64,000 nucleotides of DNA. Origin: Bdellovibrionota bacterium (lineage in GTDB: Bacteria; Bdellovibrionota_C; UBA2361; CAKMMH01). The number at the start of each line of letters is the position of its first letter. The stretch's first letter is position 1. The position numbers and the translations under genes are program-made. The stretch covers positions 64,001 through 128,000 of the forward strand of contig JBMNLI010000012.1 of NCBI GenBank assembly GCA_050952645.1. Direction: 5' to 3'. The notes below the pieces were generated by a model. The model did not search any database. It was given only the letters and a program-made list of their open reading frames with translations, and was not told where the DNA came from. Below are positions 50,771 to 60,810 of the stretch, piece by piece.

Positions 50771-52855
50771 ATGAAAAAATCATTAATCCAAGGACAAGAT
50801 TTTATGTTAGCACTTTTTGTGCTTTCTATTATGGCTATGCTTGTAATTCCTCTTCCTACAAGCCTGCTCGATTTTTTATTAGTTATAAATATTTCATTTT
50901 CATTACTACTTTTACTCGCTGGGCTTTACATGCCTAATGCCCTAGCACTACTTTCTTTTCCATCTCTTCTTCTTTTAACTACGCTTTTTAGGCTTGGGCT
51001 TAACGTGGCATCGACTAGACTTATCTTAAGCCAAGGAGATGCGGGACACGTTATTGAAACGTTTGGAACGTTTTTAATTAAAGGCGAAATTACAGTAGGT
51101 GTTATAATATTTTTAATTATAACGATAGTAAATTTTATCGTAATTGCTAAAGGTGCTAGCCGTGTATCTGAGGTAGCTGCAAGGTTCTCTTTAGAGTCTC
51201 TCCCTGGAAAACAGATGGCGATAGACTCAGACCTTCGCTCTGGAGTGATTACTACTAATCAAGCTAGAGAAAAGAGGGAAGACCTAAGAAAAGAGTCTCA
51301 ACTTTACGGTGCTATGGATGGTGCGATGAAGTTTATTCAAGGCGATGTTATAGCAGGTTTCTTTATTACGCTAACGAATATTTTTGGTGGTATGTTTATA
51401 GGCTTAAAACAGGGGATGCCTTTTAATGAAGCTCTGCAAACTTATACAATGCTAACCGTAGGAGATGGTTTAGTAAGCCAAATTCCAGCACTTTTAATTT
51501 CTATTTGTGCAGGTATCGTCGTTACTAGAGTAAGTTCGGGCGAGAATACTACGTTAGGAAAGGAGCTTGGGAGCCAACTTTTTGCAAGCCCTGGTATTAT
51601 GATTTTTACGGGGTTTGTGTTATTTCTTTTTGCAGCTTTGCCAGGGCTTCCAGCTTTTCAGTTTATATTAGTAGGTTTAGTATTTGTTTATATAGGTTTT
51701 CATATAAGACGTAAAAAAAGAATAGAATCTCAAAAAGCAGAGTTTTTACCAGTATCGGTTATGCATGCTAATAAAGAATTACTAGAAAGCGATAATGCTG
51801 AAAATTTAGATTGTTTTGAGATATGGATAGATAGAGATTTTGGAGATTATGTTGATTTAAATTCTCTTTTAATTTTACAAAAATGTAATGATTATAAAGA
51901 TAATTTTTTAAAAATGACTGGATTTAAATTTCCTACATTTAAGTTCGTTATAAAAAATGAGATCGCAAAAAATTCATTTAAGATATATAAATCTAATACA
52001 TTAACGGTAGAATCTGTTTTTGCAGATGATATGGTTTATATAAATGTTAATAAATCACAACTTCCAATTTTAGGGCTTAAGGAGTTAAAGGAAGAAAGAC
52101 ATCCAATTTATGGAAGTAAGCTTTATGGCGTTAAAAAAGATGCTTTTTCGAGTTTACTTTGCAAAGAGGCGGATATTATTAGTTATGATAAGATAGATTG
52201 GATATTATTAAATTTAGTAAATTTTTGTATAAATAATCCGATAGAATTTTTTAGTATTTCAGATATAACGATAATGCTTAAAGAGTTAGAAAAAATATAT
52301 CCTGCAACTGTAAAAGATTTATTTTCAATTCCTCAAGTAAGTAGTGCAAAAATTTTTGAAGTTTACAAAGAACTTATTAGGCAAGGTGTGTTTTATATAT
52401 CACATAGGGAAAAATTAGAGGGTATTATTTCATATTTTAATGGCTATAATATTTCTAGCGATAGTGATTTCGATGTTTTTAGTATTGTATCATCGATTAG
52501 AAAGGCTAAGAAACTACACGTTGTATCGAACTCTATATTTAGAGAAAAACGAATAAAACTTTGTAGCATATCTGATGAGTTGCAAGAAGTGTTCGAGGAG
52601 ATGATACCTCAAGTTTATGAGGGGAATATAAATTTAGATGCAAAAGATTTTTCTACTATAAAGAATAATCTTTTATCATTACAAAGAAACTATATAGAAA
52701 GGGGAATAGTTAGTTTTTCTATAATTAGCTCTAGAGATTTAATTCCCGTAATATACAATGTGCTTAGAATTTTTGAGTTAAAAATTAATGTAATAGATTT
52801 TGATGAGCTTACGCCAGATTTAAAAATAGAACATATAGGAGTTTGGAGAAAATAA
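50771..52855 (+). CDS. FHIPEP-family type III export gate protein (FlhA/SctV), SctV-like signatures, divergent cytoplasmic domain
   Basis: FPSLLLLTTLFRLGLNVASTRLIL, EVAARF.L..LPGKQMAID.DL, ESQLYGAMDGAMKF and GDGLVSQIPALLIS motifs. Confidence 0.9.
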   Translation: MKKSLIQGQDFMLALFVLSIMAMLVIPLPTSLLDFLLVINISFSLLLLLAGLYMPNALALLSFPSLLLLTTLFRLGLNVASTRLILSQGDAGHVIETFGTFLIKGEITVGVIIFLIITIVNFIVIAKGASRVSEVAARFSLESLPGKQMAIDSDLRSGVITTNQAREKREDLRKESQLYGAMDGAMKFIQGDVIAGFFITLTNIFGGMFIGLKQGMPFNEALQTYTMLTVGDGLVSQIPALLISICAGIVVTRVSSGENTTLGKELGSQLFASPGIMIFTGFVLFLFAALPGLPAFQFILVGLVFVYIGFHIRRKKRIESQKAEFLPVSVMHANKELLESDNAENLDCFEIWIDRDFGDYVDLNSLLILQKCNDYKDNFLKMTGFKFPTFKFVIKNEIAKNSFKIYKSNTLTVESVFADDMVYINVNKSQLPILGLKELKEERHPIYGSKLYGVKKDAFSSLLCKEADIISYDKIDWILLNLVNFCINNPIEFFSISDITIMLKELEKIYPATVKDLFSIPQVSSAKIFEVYKELIRQGVFYISHREKLEGIISYFNGYNISSDSDFDVFSIVSSIRKAKKLHVVSNSIFREKRIKLCSISDELQEVFEEMIPQVYEGNINLDAKDFSTIKNNLLSLQRNYIERGIVSFSIISSRDLIPVIYNVLRIFELKINVIDFDELTPDLKIEHIGVWRK

Positions 52856-52857
52856 CA

Positions 52858-55173
52858 ATGGATGATAATAAAAGTTTGTCACTTTTAGTTTCAATTAATG
52901 ATTTATTTAAAATAGAGTCGAGCATTGCCGTGTCGAACAACTCAGAGGCTTTCAAAGCTATTGAGATTAAAACTGGAAGAAGCGTTATTGTGTCGATTTT
53001 AAAAAGAAAATTCGATGCTTATAAAGATGTTGAAGATGCAAAAGAGTTTTTAGAAAGATTAAGAAAAATAAAATCTTTAGGGAGCTACGTATCAGATTTA
53101 ATAAATTTTGGAGTTGATAAAGATGGTGTTGGGTATTCAATAAGTAAGATTACATCTACGAATTCTATTTTATCGGGGAATATAAGCTTAGGGGAAGCTA
53201 GCAGAAGATTTGAAGCTATGCTAAGTCTTATAAGAAAATTGCACAAAGAGGGTATAATTCTTGGGGATATCTCGAATGATACTTTTTATATAAGTAGAGA
53301 TGGCAATATCGGCGTTCTTGCCCTTAATGGTTCTTATCCGACTAAGAATGTTTTTTATATGACTGAAAAAAGCTATTTATTACCTAGCGAAGAAGAGCCT
53401 ATTTCAAAGGCGAGTGATATATATAGGTTTGGTATTTTATGTTATAAATTATTTTTAAATGATAGCACTGCTTATCCGTTTGATGATAATAAAAATTATA
53501 TTCCAGTTTCAATGACTAAATCTGTGCCTAGGTTTATAGATATAGCGCTTAAAACATGTCTTTCTGAAACTCCTAAAGAAAGATTTTCAGATGTAGAAGA
53601 GCTTTATAATTACATAAAGGTTGAAAAAGAAAAGTTTTCTAATATTGACGAGGAGTCTTTTAATTTATCTAATGATGAGTTTAAAAAATTAAAAGTGTTA
53701 AATGAGTTAACGCTAAGAGAAGAAAAGGATGATAAGCATAGTAAGCACGCTTTAGCATATGTAATAGGGGGAGTTTTCGTATTTTTAATTTTAATATTAT
53801 TTATGTTTTTGCATTCGAGTAAAACTAGTAATAAAAATGTCGTTATTTCTATGAGTAGTAGTCAAACTAGTAAAGATAATTTAGAAAAAAGGGAAGCACA
53901 TTTAAAAAGAATTTATGATAGTGAAGACCCCGTAACGTACGTTGCAATAGTTAATATGGCGGCTAAAGCACCTACGCCACAACAAAGAGAGTTAGTAGAA
54001 AAGTATATATTAAAAAGATTTGTTAATTATCGGTTTGATAAAATGAGTGTGGTGTTAAGGGAGTTTTTTAATGGCATTACTCAAAATATAGTTCCAGACT
54101 TTTATGAAAAATTATTATTATCATTAGATAAGAATTATCCAATAGAAAAAAGGATAACATTGTTTAAAGAGCTAGTTAGAACTAATAGGAGTTTAATAGT
54201 TAATTTTGCTTTTGCATTATCACTAGATACGAATGATACGAAAGGGTATAGGGAAATTTTTACTTATATTTTAGATGATCAATATAAAGAAGATATATCT
54301 CGAAGAACGTTTGATGCTTTAGTAATTGCTGAGTATACGGCATGGGAAAAATATAAGGATATATTAAAAGAAAAATTAAAAACGCTCTCGGATGAAGATT
54401 TAATATGGGAGCTTCAAATTTTTGTTAAAAGAAACGATATGCATTTAGGGGAGCTTATCGATTTAATTACTAAGAGAGAGCTTTTAGATAATATTCAAAC
54501 GAAATTTTTATCTCTAGTAAATGAGCTTCGTCCACCAAGGGAGATTAAAAACATTCTATTAAGTGCAGGGACTGCGAAAATTACGAGGAAAGATATAGGA
54601 ACAGTTTCAAATTGGTTAAATGTTAATAAGGTAAAAGTTTTTTATGTAATGTTGTTAGCGCTTAAAAATGATGATTTATTAAAGAGAGAAATTTTTGATG
54701 TGTTATCTCTTATAAATTTAGAGAGCGAGGCAACGAATAATTATATAAGATATGCTAAACAAAAGGAGTGGGACAATAGGGGAGATTTAGCAACTCTTAT
54801 ACCTTATATGCAAAATTACGATGATTTTTCAGATAGAGAGATTTTAGACGTTATAAAATTTAGCATAAGAAATTTAAGTACTTCTAGTAAGCAACAAGTG
54901 CTTACGCTTCTAATAAAAAATTTAGATGATAATTATAAAAAGCTAATAATGGAGAATTTTTATAATGAACTTGGCATAGGAACGCTTGTAAATTATTTAT
55001 CGTATAGTGATAAGACTATAAAAAAGATGGCTATAAAGGGGTTAAAAGAAGCTAATATAAATGATGTGATAATTTCTAACTTAATAATAAATAAATATGA
55101 GGACGAAGACGATGAGGAGTTAAGGGAGTTATATAGGGAAAGTTTTTGGTTTATAAAAAAGCGTGGGATTTAA
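52858..55173 (+). CDS. membrane-anchored pseudokinase with large C-terminal helical (HEAT/ARM-like) domain
   Basis: Kinase-fold remnants LH..GIILGDIS, SDIY.FG.L.Y, CL...P.ERF, but no HRD, DFG or Gly-loop; central TM; ATG just after the upstream stop. Confidence 0.7.
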   Translation: MDDNKSLSLLVSINDLFKIESSIAVSNNSEAFKAIEIKTGRSVIVSILKRKFDAYKDVEDAKEFLERLRKIKSLGSYVSDLINFGVDKDGVGYSISKITSTNSILSGNISLGEASRRFEAMLSLIRKLHKEGIILGDISNDTFYISRDGNIGVLALNGSYPTKNVFYMTEKSYLLPSEEEPISKASDIYRFGILCYKLFLNDSTAYPFDDNKNYIPVSMTKSVPRFIDIALKTCLSETPKERFSDVEELYNYIKVEKEKFSNIDEESFNLSNDEFKKLKVLNELTLREEKDDKHSKHALAYVIGGVFVFLILILFMFLHSSKTSNKNVVISMSSSQTSKDNLEKREAHLKRIYDSEDPVTYVAIVNMAAKAPTPQQRELVEKYILKRFVNYRFDKMSVVLREFFNGITQNIVPDFYEKLLLSLDKNYPIEKRITLFKELVRTNRSLIVNFAFALSLDTNDTKGYREIFTYILDDQYKEDISRRTFDALVIAEYTAWEKYKDILKEKLKTLSDEDLIWELQIFVKRNDMHLGELIDLITKRELLDNIQTKFLSLVNELRPPREIKNILLSAGTAKITRKDIGTVSNWLNVNKVKVFYVMLLALKNDDLLKREIFDVLSLINLESEATNNYIRYAKQKEWDNRGDLATLIPYMQNYDDFSDREILDVIKFSIRNLSTSSKQQVLTLLIKNLDDNYKKLIMENFYNELGIGTLVNYLSYSDKTIKKMAIKGLKEANINDVIISNLIINKYEDEDDEELRELYRESFWFIKKRGI

Positions 55174-55255
55174 GTTAGGGTGTAAAATTTTTTTGCTATT
55201 TTTCGTCCGCTATTTTTACAATTTACAAATAGTGCGTGTTTTCTAAATAATTTTT

Positions 55256-55283
55256 CTGACCCACCTAAAACGTAAAGAACTAA
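55256..55283 (+). repeat. partial copy (3' end) of the dispersed repeat
   Basis: ACCCACCTAAAACGTAAAGAAC resembles ACC(T/C)ACYTAAAACGTGAAGAGC. Confidence 0.5.
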
Positions 55284-55734
55284 ATTTTATATGTTTTTTA
55301 CGAGTTTTAGCTATAAAATTCAATAGATTATAAAAAATTTCTTAAAAATTAAACTTTTTTAGAAGCATTTTAGTTTTTTTTGTAAGATTAGTGTTTATGC
55401 GTGCTAGAAGTCTATTTTTTTAGCATTCTGGGAAAAAAGCATTGTTAAAAAAGCAATGTGTAAAAGCTAAAGCTTTTTACAAAGGTTTTTTACTAGGTTA
55501 TTGCTAGCTAAAATTTTTGCTAGTGATAATATAAACAGAAACTCGAGAAACACTTTATGAGTGTGATAGGGTATTACTAATGAAAAAATAATTTTTTATG
55601 TGATGCTAATCCTTCTGATTGTATTGCAGTAGTCGGAAGTATAGGAGCGGTGCATGTAACTCAAGAGATGTTAACAATCCTAGAAAACTTAGGAGACGTG
55701 TCTTTTCGAAGGCGCTCTCTCTTTAGCGTTTTTT

Positions 55735-55923
55735 TTATTTTTTTAGACTATTTTCTAGATTTTCTAAATCTTTAGAATTTTCCATAGTCTCAGGTATTAC
55801 ATACTTTTCACTCGCCCAGGCACCTAAATCGATAAGCTTACACCTTTTAGAACAAAAAGGAAGCCAGCTTAAATCTTCAATCTTACTTTCAACGATTTCT
55901 TTTTTACAATAAGGACATTTCAT
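55735..55923 (-). CDS. yacG: DNA gyrase inhibitor YacG
   Basis: CPYC...[23 protein letters not shown]. Confidence 0.93.
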   Translation of the reverse strand: MKCPYCKKEIVESKIEDLSWLPFCSKRCKLIDLGAWASEKYVIPETMENSKDLENLENSLKK

Positions 55924-56045
55924 TTTTACTAATAATTACTAATAGATAGAGCATAAACTAAAAAAGAGGTTAAAACTATTAACCTCCTTTCTAAAAAATA
56001 ATACTTAATTTGCTATTTAAAAATATAAATAAAAAATTATATAAC

Positions 56046-56336
56046 TTAAATAGCCATCTCTTTTAAACTACATAAATCTGAACAGTCTTTCTCTCCTTGA
56101 GAAATTATAGCACGCTTTAAACTGTCAGTATCTAAATCTAAAGCTTCACATATAAACTCGAATGTTAAAGGAGTCTCTGGGTCTTGACCAAGAATCCAAA
56201 GCTTTGCTGTCTCCCTTAAATCACCCTCGCCACTTATAAAATCCGTTATTGCACGTTGCAAAACGGCAGACAATAACTTCTTTTCTGGAAGATATTGATT
56301 GTGAGAAGGAATCTCAGAATTTGACCACCCTTTCAT
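56046..56336 (-). CDS. conserved hypothetical protein
   Basis: PEKKLL.AVLQRAI.D...A..WI......TFEFICEAL.LD pattern recalled from uncharacterised small proteins; AAGGA SD. Confidence 0.7.
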   Translation of the reverse strand: MKGWSNSEIPSHNQYLPEKKLLSAVLQRAITDFISGEGDLRETAKLWILGQDPETPLTFEFICEALDLDTDSLKRAIISQGEKDCSDLCSLKEMAI

Positions 56337-56833
56337 AAAAATTTTCCTTTTAAAATATAAAATTAAACTACTAAAAATCTAAAAATCATACCAATCTTGA
56401 CACTTATAAACACTCGTAAAAAACTTTAAAAAATTACACAACCCCCCCCTAAATAAATATTTTAATAAATACTTATTTAAACAAACTTTTGATTTATTAT
56501 TTTGATGCTTATTTCATAAGATACTTTTATGAAATTGCCATTTTTAAAAACTTGTAAAACTCCCTTGCTAGCAAAAAAACTAACACTAAAAAAAAGCGTT
56601 TTTAAATTTTTAAATCTGACAACCAAAAAATTAAAATATTTTTACAACTATTTAAAACAAACTTAACTATCACGGAAAAAGTGTCACTTAAAGATATTTT
56701 ATATATAAATGTTTTTATAAACTCTGCTAAAAATAAACGACTACAAAATAAACACCTTTAAGCAAATATATAAAAAAAGAATATATAAAATTAAATGAAA
56801 CCTAAATATAGAAAACACTTCACAAATCAAATT

Positions 56834-56960
56834 GCGAATTCACACAAGCCACTAAAAGAACTTATCTTAAATTAGCTTAGCTCTTATTTTGCTTTCAATT
56901 AGCCTGTCTGAATTCACGACTTAAAGATACTTTACAACTCTCTTTCCCTTGACGACTAGA
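56834..56960 (-). ncRNA. candidate small RNA or structured 5' leader
   Basis: Minus-strand promoter TTGCAC-N16-TATACT (56967-56994) followed by rod hairpin GTGAATTCA/TGAATTCGC, ACAGGC/GCTTGT, AAGAGCT/AGTTCTT. Confidence 0.4.
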
Positions 56961-57093
56961 GATTATAGTATAACAAAAGAAAGCAAAAGTGCAAGAAAAA
57001 AATGAAAAGAATGCGAAATTTCTTTAAAAATACAAATGCCGTTCTGAAAAGTAATATTTTACTTGACTAAGCTAAAAAAATAAACTTAAATCC

Positions 57094-57195
57094 GTTCTTC
57101 ACGTTTCGTTCTTCACGTTTTTAAGGTAATTTTAAATTCTCGAAAATTAGTATCACTCACCTCGACGAAGCCAAAGAAGAAAATCTTCGCTAGCT
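57094..57195 (-). repeat. dispersed palindromic repeat, copy C (terminal 14 bp tandemly duplicated)
   Basis: Reverse complement GGCTTCGTCGAGGTGAGTGATACTAATT...ACCTTAAAAACGTGAAGAACG AAACGTGAAGAACG. Confidence 0.85.
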
Positions 57196-57208
57196 TAAAT
57201 CTTTCTTC

Positions 57209-58186
57209 TTACTCCTTAAAACTACCATTTATCGTTAAAATTAAACTTTTCATATTCTCTGTTATCTTACTTTTGTTAGCCTTTAAAATGTTTTTAGTCT
57301 GCTTTTTTTCTTTCTTAAGTAATTTTAGTTTATTTAAAATATCTTGGTGCTCAGCCCTCATGCTTTTGCTACTTTCTTGCAATGATAAAAGCCTGCCAGT
57401 AAATACCTCATAGGCATTATTAGATTGAATAGAAACATTGCCTCCAATTTTATCTAACTCTTCTTTTAATAAGAAAAGTGAGCCAATTCCATCTTTTAAA
57501 TCTTTTAAGATAGGAAGCCCAGCTAGAACTCCGCTAGTGTAAACATCAAACTCGGTGCCTTTCTTATAAGCTGGCTTTAACGATAAAAAAAGCCCAAATT
57601 CATCTGCTAGCAATAAATGTCTTCTAGCCACTCTAGTTTTTCTTGCTTCTAAATTATCGCACTCTAAGTCTTGCTTTTCTATATTCCCATTTTCTAATTT
57701 AGATGATTTTAATAACGCCTCCGTATCGCTTACTATATCTTTAATTTTTTTAACGTTTAATATGCCTAATTTTTGAAACTCACTAGTAATATTTGCAAGC
57801 TGCTCGCTAGCTTTTTTAATATCATTTTTTTCAGCGTAAGTATTTAATAAAAAAATATCTTCTTGCAATTTTTGAGAGAAAGTCATTTGCGGAAAATTAT
57901 TTTTTTTAGCATACGAAGATAAACTAGGAATAGTAAAAAATAATTTGCTCAATATGTTATTCGATATACTAGGCTCTAGTCTACTTACACTAATTTCATA
58001 AGCACTTTTATAGTTTCCACTATTTAGAGACGATTGTAAAAGCTCAAAACTTATTTGTGATTTGAAATAATTAAGAAATGTATCGAGAAAAACCCACACG
58101 AAAGATAGCAAAAGCATGCTAACTGCCGACATGATATAACCAGATTTTAATGTTAAAGTATTATTTGAGAGTTTGTAGTAATTCAT
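57209..58186 (-). CDS. hypothetical membrane-anchored coiled-coil protein
   Basis: N-terminal TM helix and heptad-rich body. Confidence 0.7.
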   Translation of the reverse strand: MNYYKLSNNTLTLKSGYIMSAVSMLLLSFVWVFLDTFLNYFKSQISFELLQSSLNSGNYKSAYEISVSRLEPSISNNILSKLFFTIPSLSSYAKKNNFPQMTFSQKLQEDIFLLNTYAEKNDIKKASEQLANITSEFQKLGILNVKKIKDIVSDTEALLKSSKLENGNIEKQDLECDNLEARKTRVARRHLLLADEFGLFLSLKPAYKKGTEFDVYTSGVLAGLPILKDLKDGIGSLFLLKEELDKIGGNVSIQSNNAYEVFTGRLLSLQESSKSMRAEHQDILNKLKLLKKEKKQTKNILKANKSKITENMKSLILTINGSFKE

Positions 58187-58266
58187 TTAAATTTAATGTA
58201 TATTGTATAAAACCTTAAACTTTAAGAATTTTATCAAAATAACTGTTTAAAAACAATAGAAAAATT

Positions 58267-59586
58267 ATGCAATTAACTAGTAATAAAAACCCAAAAAATA
58301 ATAAAGAAAATAATAAAGAAAATAATAAAGAAAATAATAAAAATAAAATCGCTTTAGGAGATGATATTAGGTGCGAATTTCCAATCTTTTCTAACTACCA
58401 AACTAATAATAAATTAAAAAGACTAAGCTTCTTAGACTCGGCTGCAAGCACTCAAAAGCCTTTTTGTGTGATAGAAAGACTGAAAAATTTTTATTCATAT
58501 GAATACGCTAATATTCATAGAGGGGCTTACGATTTAAGCGCAAATGCAACCTTGAAATATGAGGAAGCAAGGAAAAAAGTTGCTAATTTTTTAGGTGCGA
58601 GCGATAGCTTTAGCATAGTTTTTACTAGGGGGACTACTGAAAGCATAAATCTAGTTTCATATTCTCTTGAAGATTATTTTAACGCTAACGATACTATTTT
58701 GCTATCTATTGCTGAACATCATAGCAATATTTTACCTTGGCAATTCCTAGCTAAAAGAAAAAACTTAAAATTAGTTTTTGCTAACGTCGATAAAAATTAC
58801 AATCTCGATATAAAAGATTTCGATAATAAAATAAAAGAATATAAGCCAAAGTTAGTGTCTATAACTATGTGTTCTAACGTTTTAGGTTCCATTTTCCCAG
58901 TAAATGAAATTCTTGAGTGTGCAAAAAAAGTAAACGCTTTAGTGCTTTTTGATGCTGCGCAGTGCGTGCCTCACAAAAAAATAGATATGCAAAAACTAGA
59001 TGTAGATTTTCTGTGTTTTAGCGGACATAAAATTTATGGGCCAACGGGAATAGGGGTTTTGTGCGCTAAAAATGAGCTTTTAAATAGAATGAAACCTTTT
59101 GAAGGTGGGGGAGAGATGATAAGCAAGGTTTCTCTTTTTAATGCCACTTATGCAGATATCCCTTATAAATTTGAAGCAGGCACTCCTGCTATTTCAGAAG
59201 CTATCGGCTTAGGAGAGGCTATAAGGTTTATTGAAAAAATAGGATTAGAAAATATCGAAACACATGAAAAAAACATTTTTGAATACGCAGTTTCAAAATT
59301 AACACGGTTAAAAGATGTTGCTATATACTCTCCTTTGCTCTCAAATGAAAATTGTGGTGTAATATCATTTAATATAAAAGGAGTACACCCTCACGATTTT
59401 GCTAGTATTGCAGATAGCTTTGGAGTGCAAATTCGTTCAGGGTTTCATTGTGCTATGCCACTTTTAAATTACTTAAAAGTAGATGCTACTAATAGGTTAA
59501 GCTTAGGTGTGTATTCAGATACGCAAGATATAGATGCTCTAATAGATGCGATAAATGAGAGCAAAAAAATTTTTAATGTATTATAA
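58267..59586 (+). CDS. sufS: SufS-type (group II) cysteine desulfurase
   Basis: [39 protein letters not shown] and RSGFHCA.P motifs. Confidence 0.93.
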   Translation: MQLTSNKNPKNNKENNKENNKENNKNKIALGDDIRCEFPIFSNYQTNNKLKRLSFLDSAASTQKPFCVIERLKNFYSYEYANIHRGAYDLSANATLKYEEARKKVANFLGASDSFSIVFTRGTTESINLVSYSLEDYFNANDTILLSIAEHHSNILPWQFLAKRKNLKLVFANVDKNYNLDIKDFDNKIKEYKPKLVSITMCSNVLGSIFPVNEILECAKKVNALVLFDAAQCVPHKKIDMQKLDVDFLCFSGHKIYGPTGIGVLCAKNELLNRMKPFEGGGEMISKVSLFNATYADIPYKFEAGTPAISEAIGLGEAIRFIEKIGLENIETHEKNIFEYAVSKLTRLKDVAIYSPLLSNENCGVISFNIKGVHPHDFASIADSFGVQIRSGFHCAMPLLNYLKVDATNRLSLGVYSDTQDIDALIDAINESKKIFNVL

Positions 59587-59669
59587 TACATACTAATATT
59601 AGTTTAAAAGATTTTCACGTAAAATGTAGAAAGTTTTTTTATAAAAGTTTTAAAAGAGATTTTTTTAAT

Positions 59670-60758
59670 ATGTCATTTAATAATAGCGATAGTAAAAGAA
59701 AAACATTAATTCCTAATAATGAAGATATGCAGTCTTGGAGTAGTCTATCTAGCGTAGCTTCATTAGCAGAAGATGGAAGTGAAGAAGAAAGCGGTATAAA
59801 ATCTTTAAGACCAAACGTATTTTTAGAATACATTGGGCAAGAACGAGTAAAAGAAACCGTAAAAATAGCTTGCAGTGCAGCGCTAAAAAGAGGGGATACG
59901 CTAGACCATATCTTATTTCATGGTCCCCCTGGGTTAGGAAAAACCTCCATGGCAAGGCTGATAGCTAATGAGTTAGGTGTAGGTTTTAAGACGACCTCGG
60001 GACCTGTGATAGAAAAACCTGGAGACTTAGCTGCTATATTAACGAGCTTAAATAAAAGCGATATTCTATTTATAGATGAAATTCATAGAATGCCAAGAGT
60101 AGTAGAAGAGGTGTTATATCCAGCAATGGAAGATTTTGAAATAGACATAATGATAGGAAATGGTCCCGCTGCAAAATCTATAAAAATAGATTTAAAACCT
60201 TTTACTTTAATCGGTGCGACTACTAGAACGGGGCTCTTAACTTCCCCTCTAAGAGATAGATTCGGGCTTGTTTTAAGGCTAGATTTTTATAAAATAGAGG
60301 AACTAAGAGATATAGTTTTACGCTCTGCAAAGATTCTTGCTTTAAAGATAGAGGATTTAGCCGCATTAGAAATTGCAAGGCGTTCTAGAGGCACTCCAAG
60401 AATAGCTAATAAACTTTTAAAGCGTGTAAGAGATTATGCTCAAACTAAAAATAAAGATATTATAGATAAAGAAATTGCTAAAAAAGCTTTAGATTTTTTT
60501 CAAATAGATAATATGGGACTCGATGAGATGGATAGGTATATTTTAAAGACTATTATTGAAAAGTTTTCAGGAGGCCCTGTAGGTATAGAGACGATATCTT
60601 CTGCGATAGGAGAAGAGAAAGATACTATAGAAGATGTTTATGAGCCTTTTTTAATACAAGAGGGGTTTCTAGTTCGCACTAGGCGAGGACGTATCGTAAC
60701 GGAGCTAGGATATAAACATTTAGGATTAGAGTTTCACGGTCAACTTTCATTCGTTTAA
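59670..60758 (+). CDS. ruvB: Holliday junction branch migration helicase RuvB
   Basis: LRP....[33 protein letters not shown] and RGTPRIAN motifs. Confidence 0.98.
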   Translation: MSFNNSDSKRKTLIPNNEDMQSWSSLSSVASLAEDGSEEESGIKSLRPNVFLEYIGQERVKETVKIACSAALKRGDTLDHILFHGPPGLGKTSMARLIANELGVGFKTTSGPVIEKPGDLAAILTSLNKSDILFIDEIHRMPRVVEEVLYPAMEDFEIDIMIGNGPAAKSIKIDLKPFTLIGATTRTGLLTSPLRDRFGLVLRLDFYKIEELRDIVLRSAKILALKIEDLAALEIARRSRGTPRIANKLLKRVRDYAQTKNKDIIDKEIAKKALDFFQIDNMGLDEMDRYILKTIIEKFSGGPVGIETISSAIGEEKDTIEDVYEPFLIQEGFLVRTRRGRIVTELGYKHLGLEFHGQLSFV

Positions 60759-60810
60759 TTATAAACAAAGTTAGTATTTAAATTTTGTAAAAAAGTTTAT
60801 TTAAGGCGAT

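Noticed and set aside
55397..55747. Coding-looking plus-strand stretch (LCDANPSDCIAVVGSIGAVHV...)
   Set aside because: No clean start, multiple stops or shifts upstream, no recognisable family; at most a remnant
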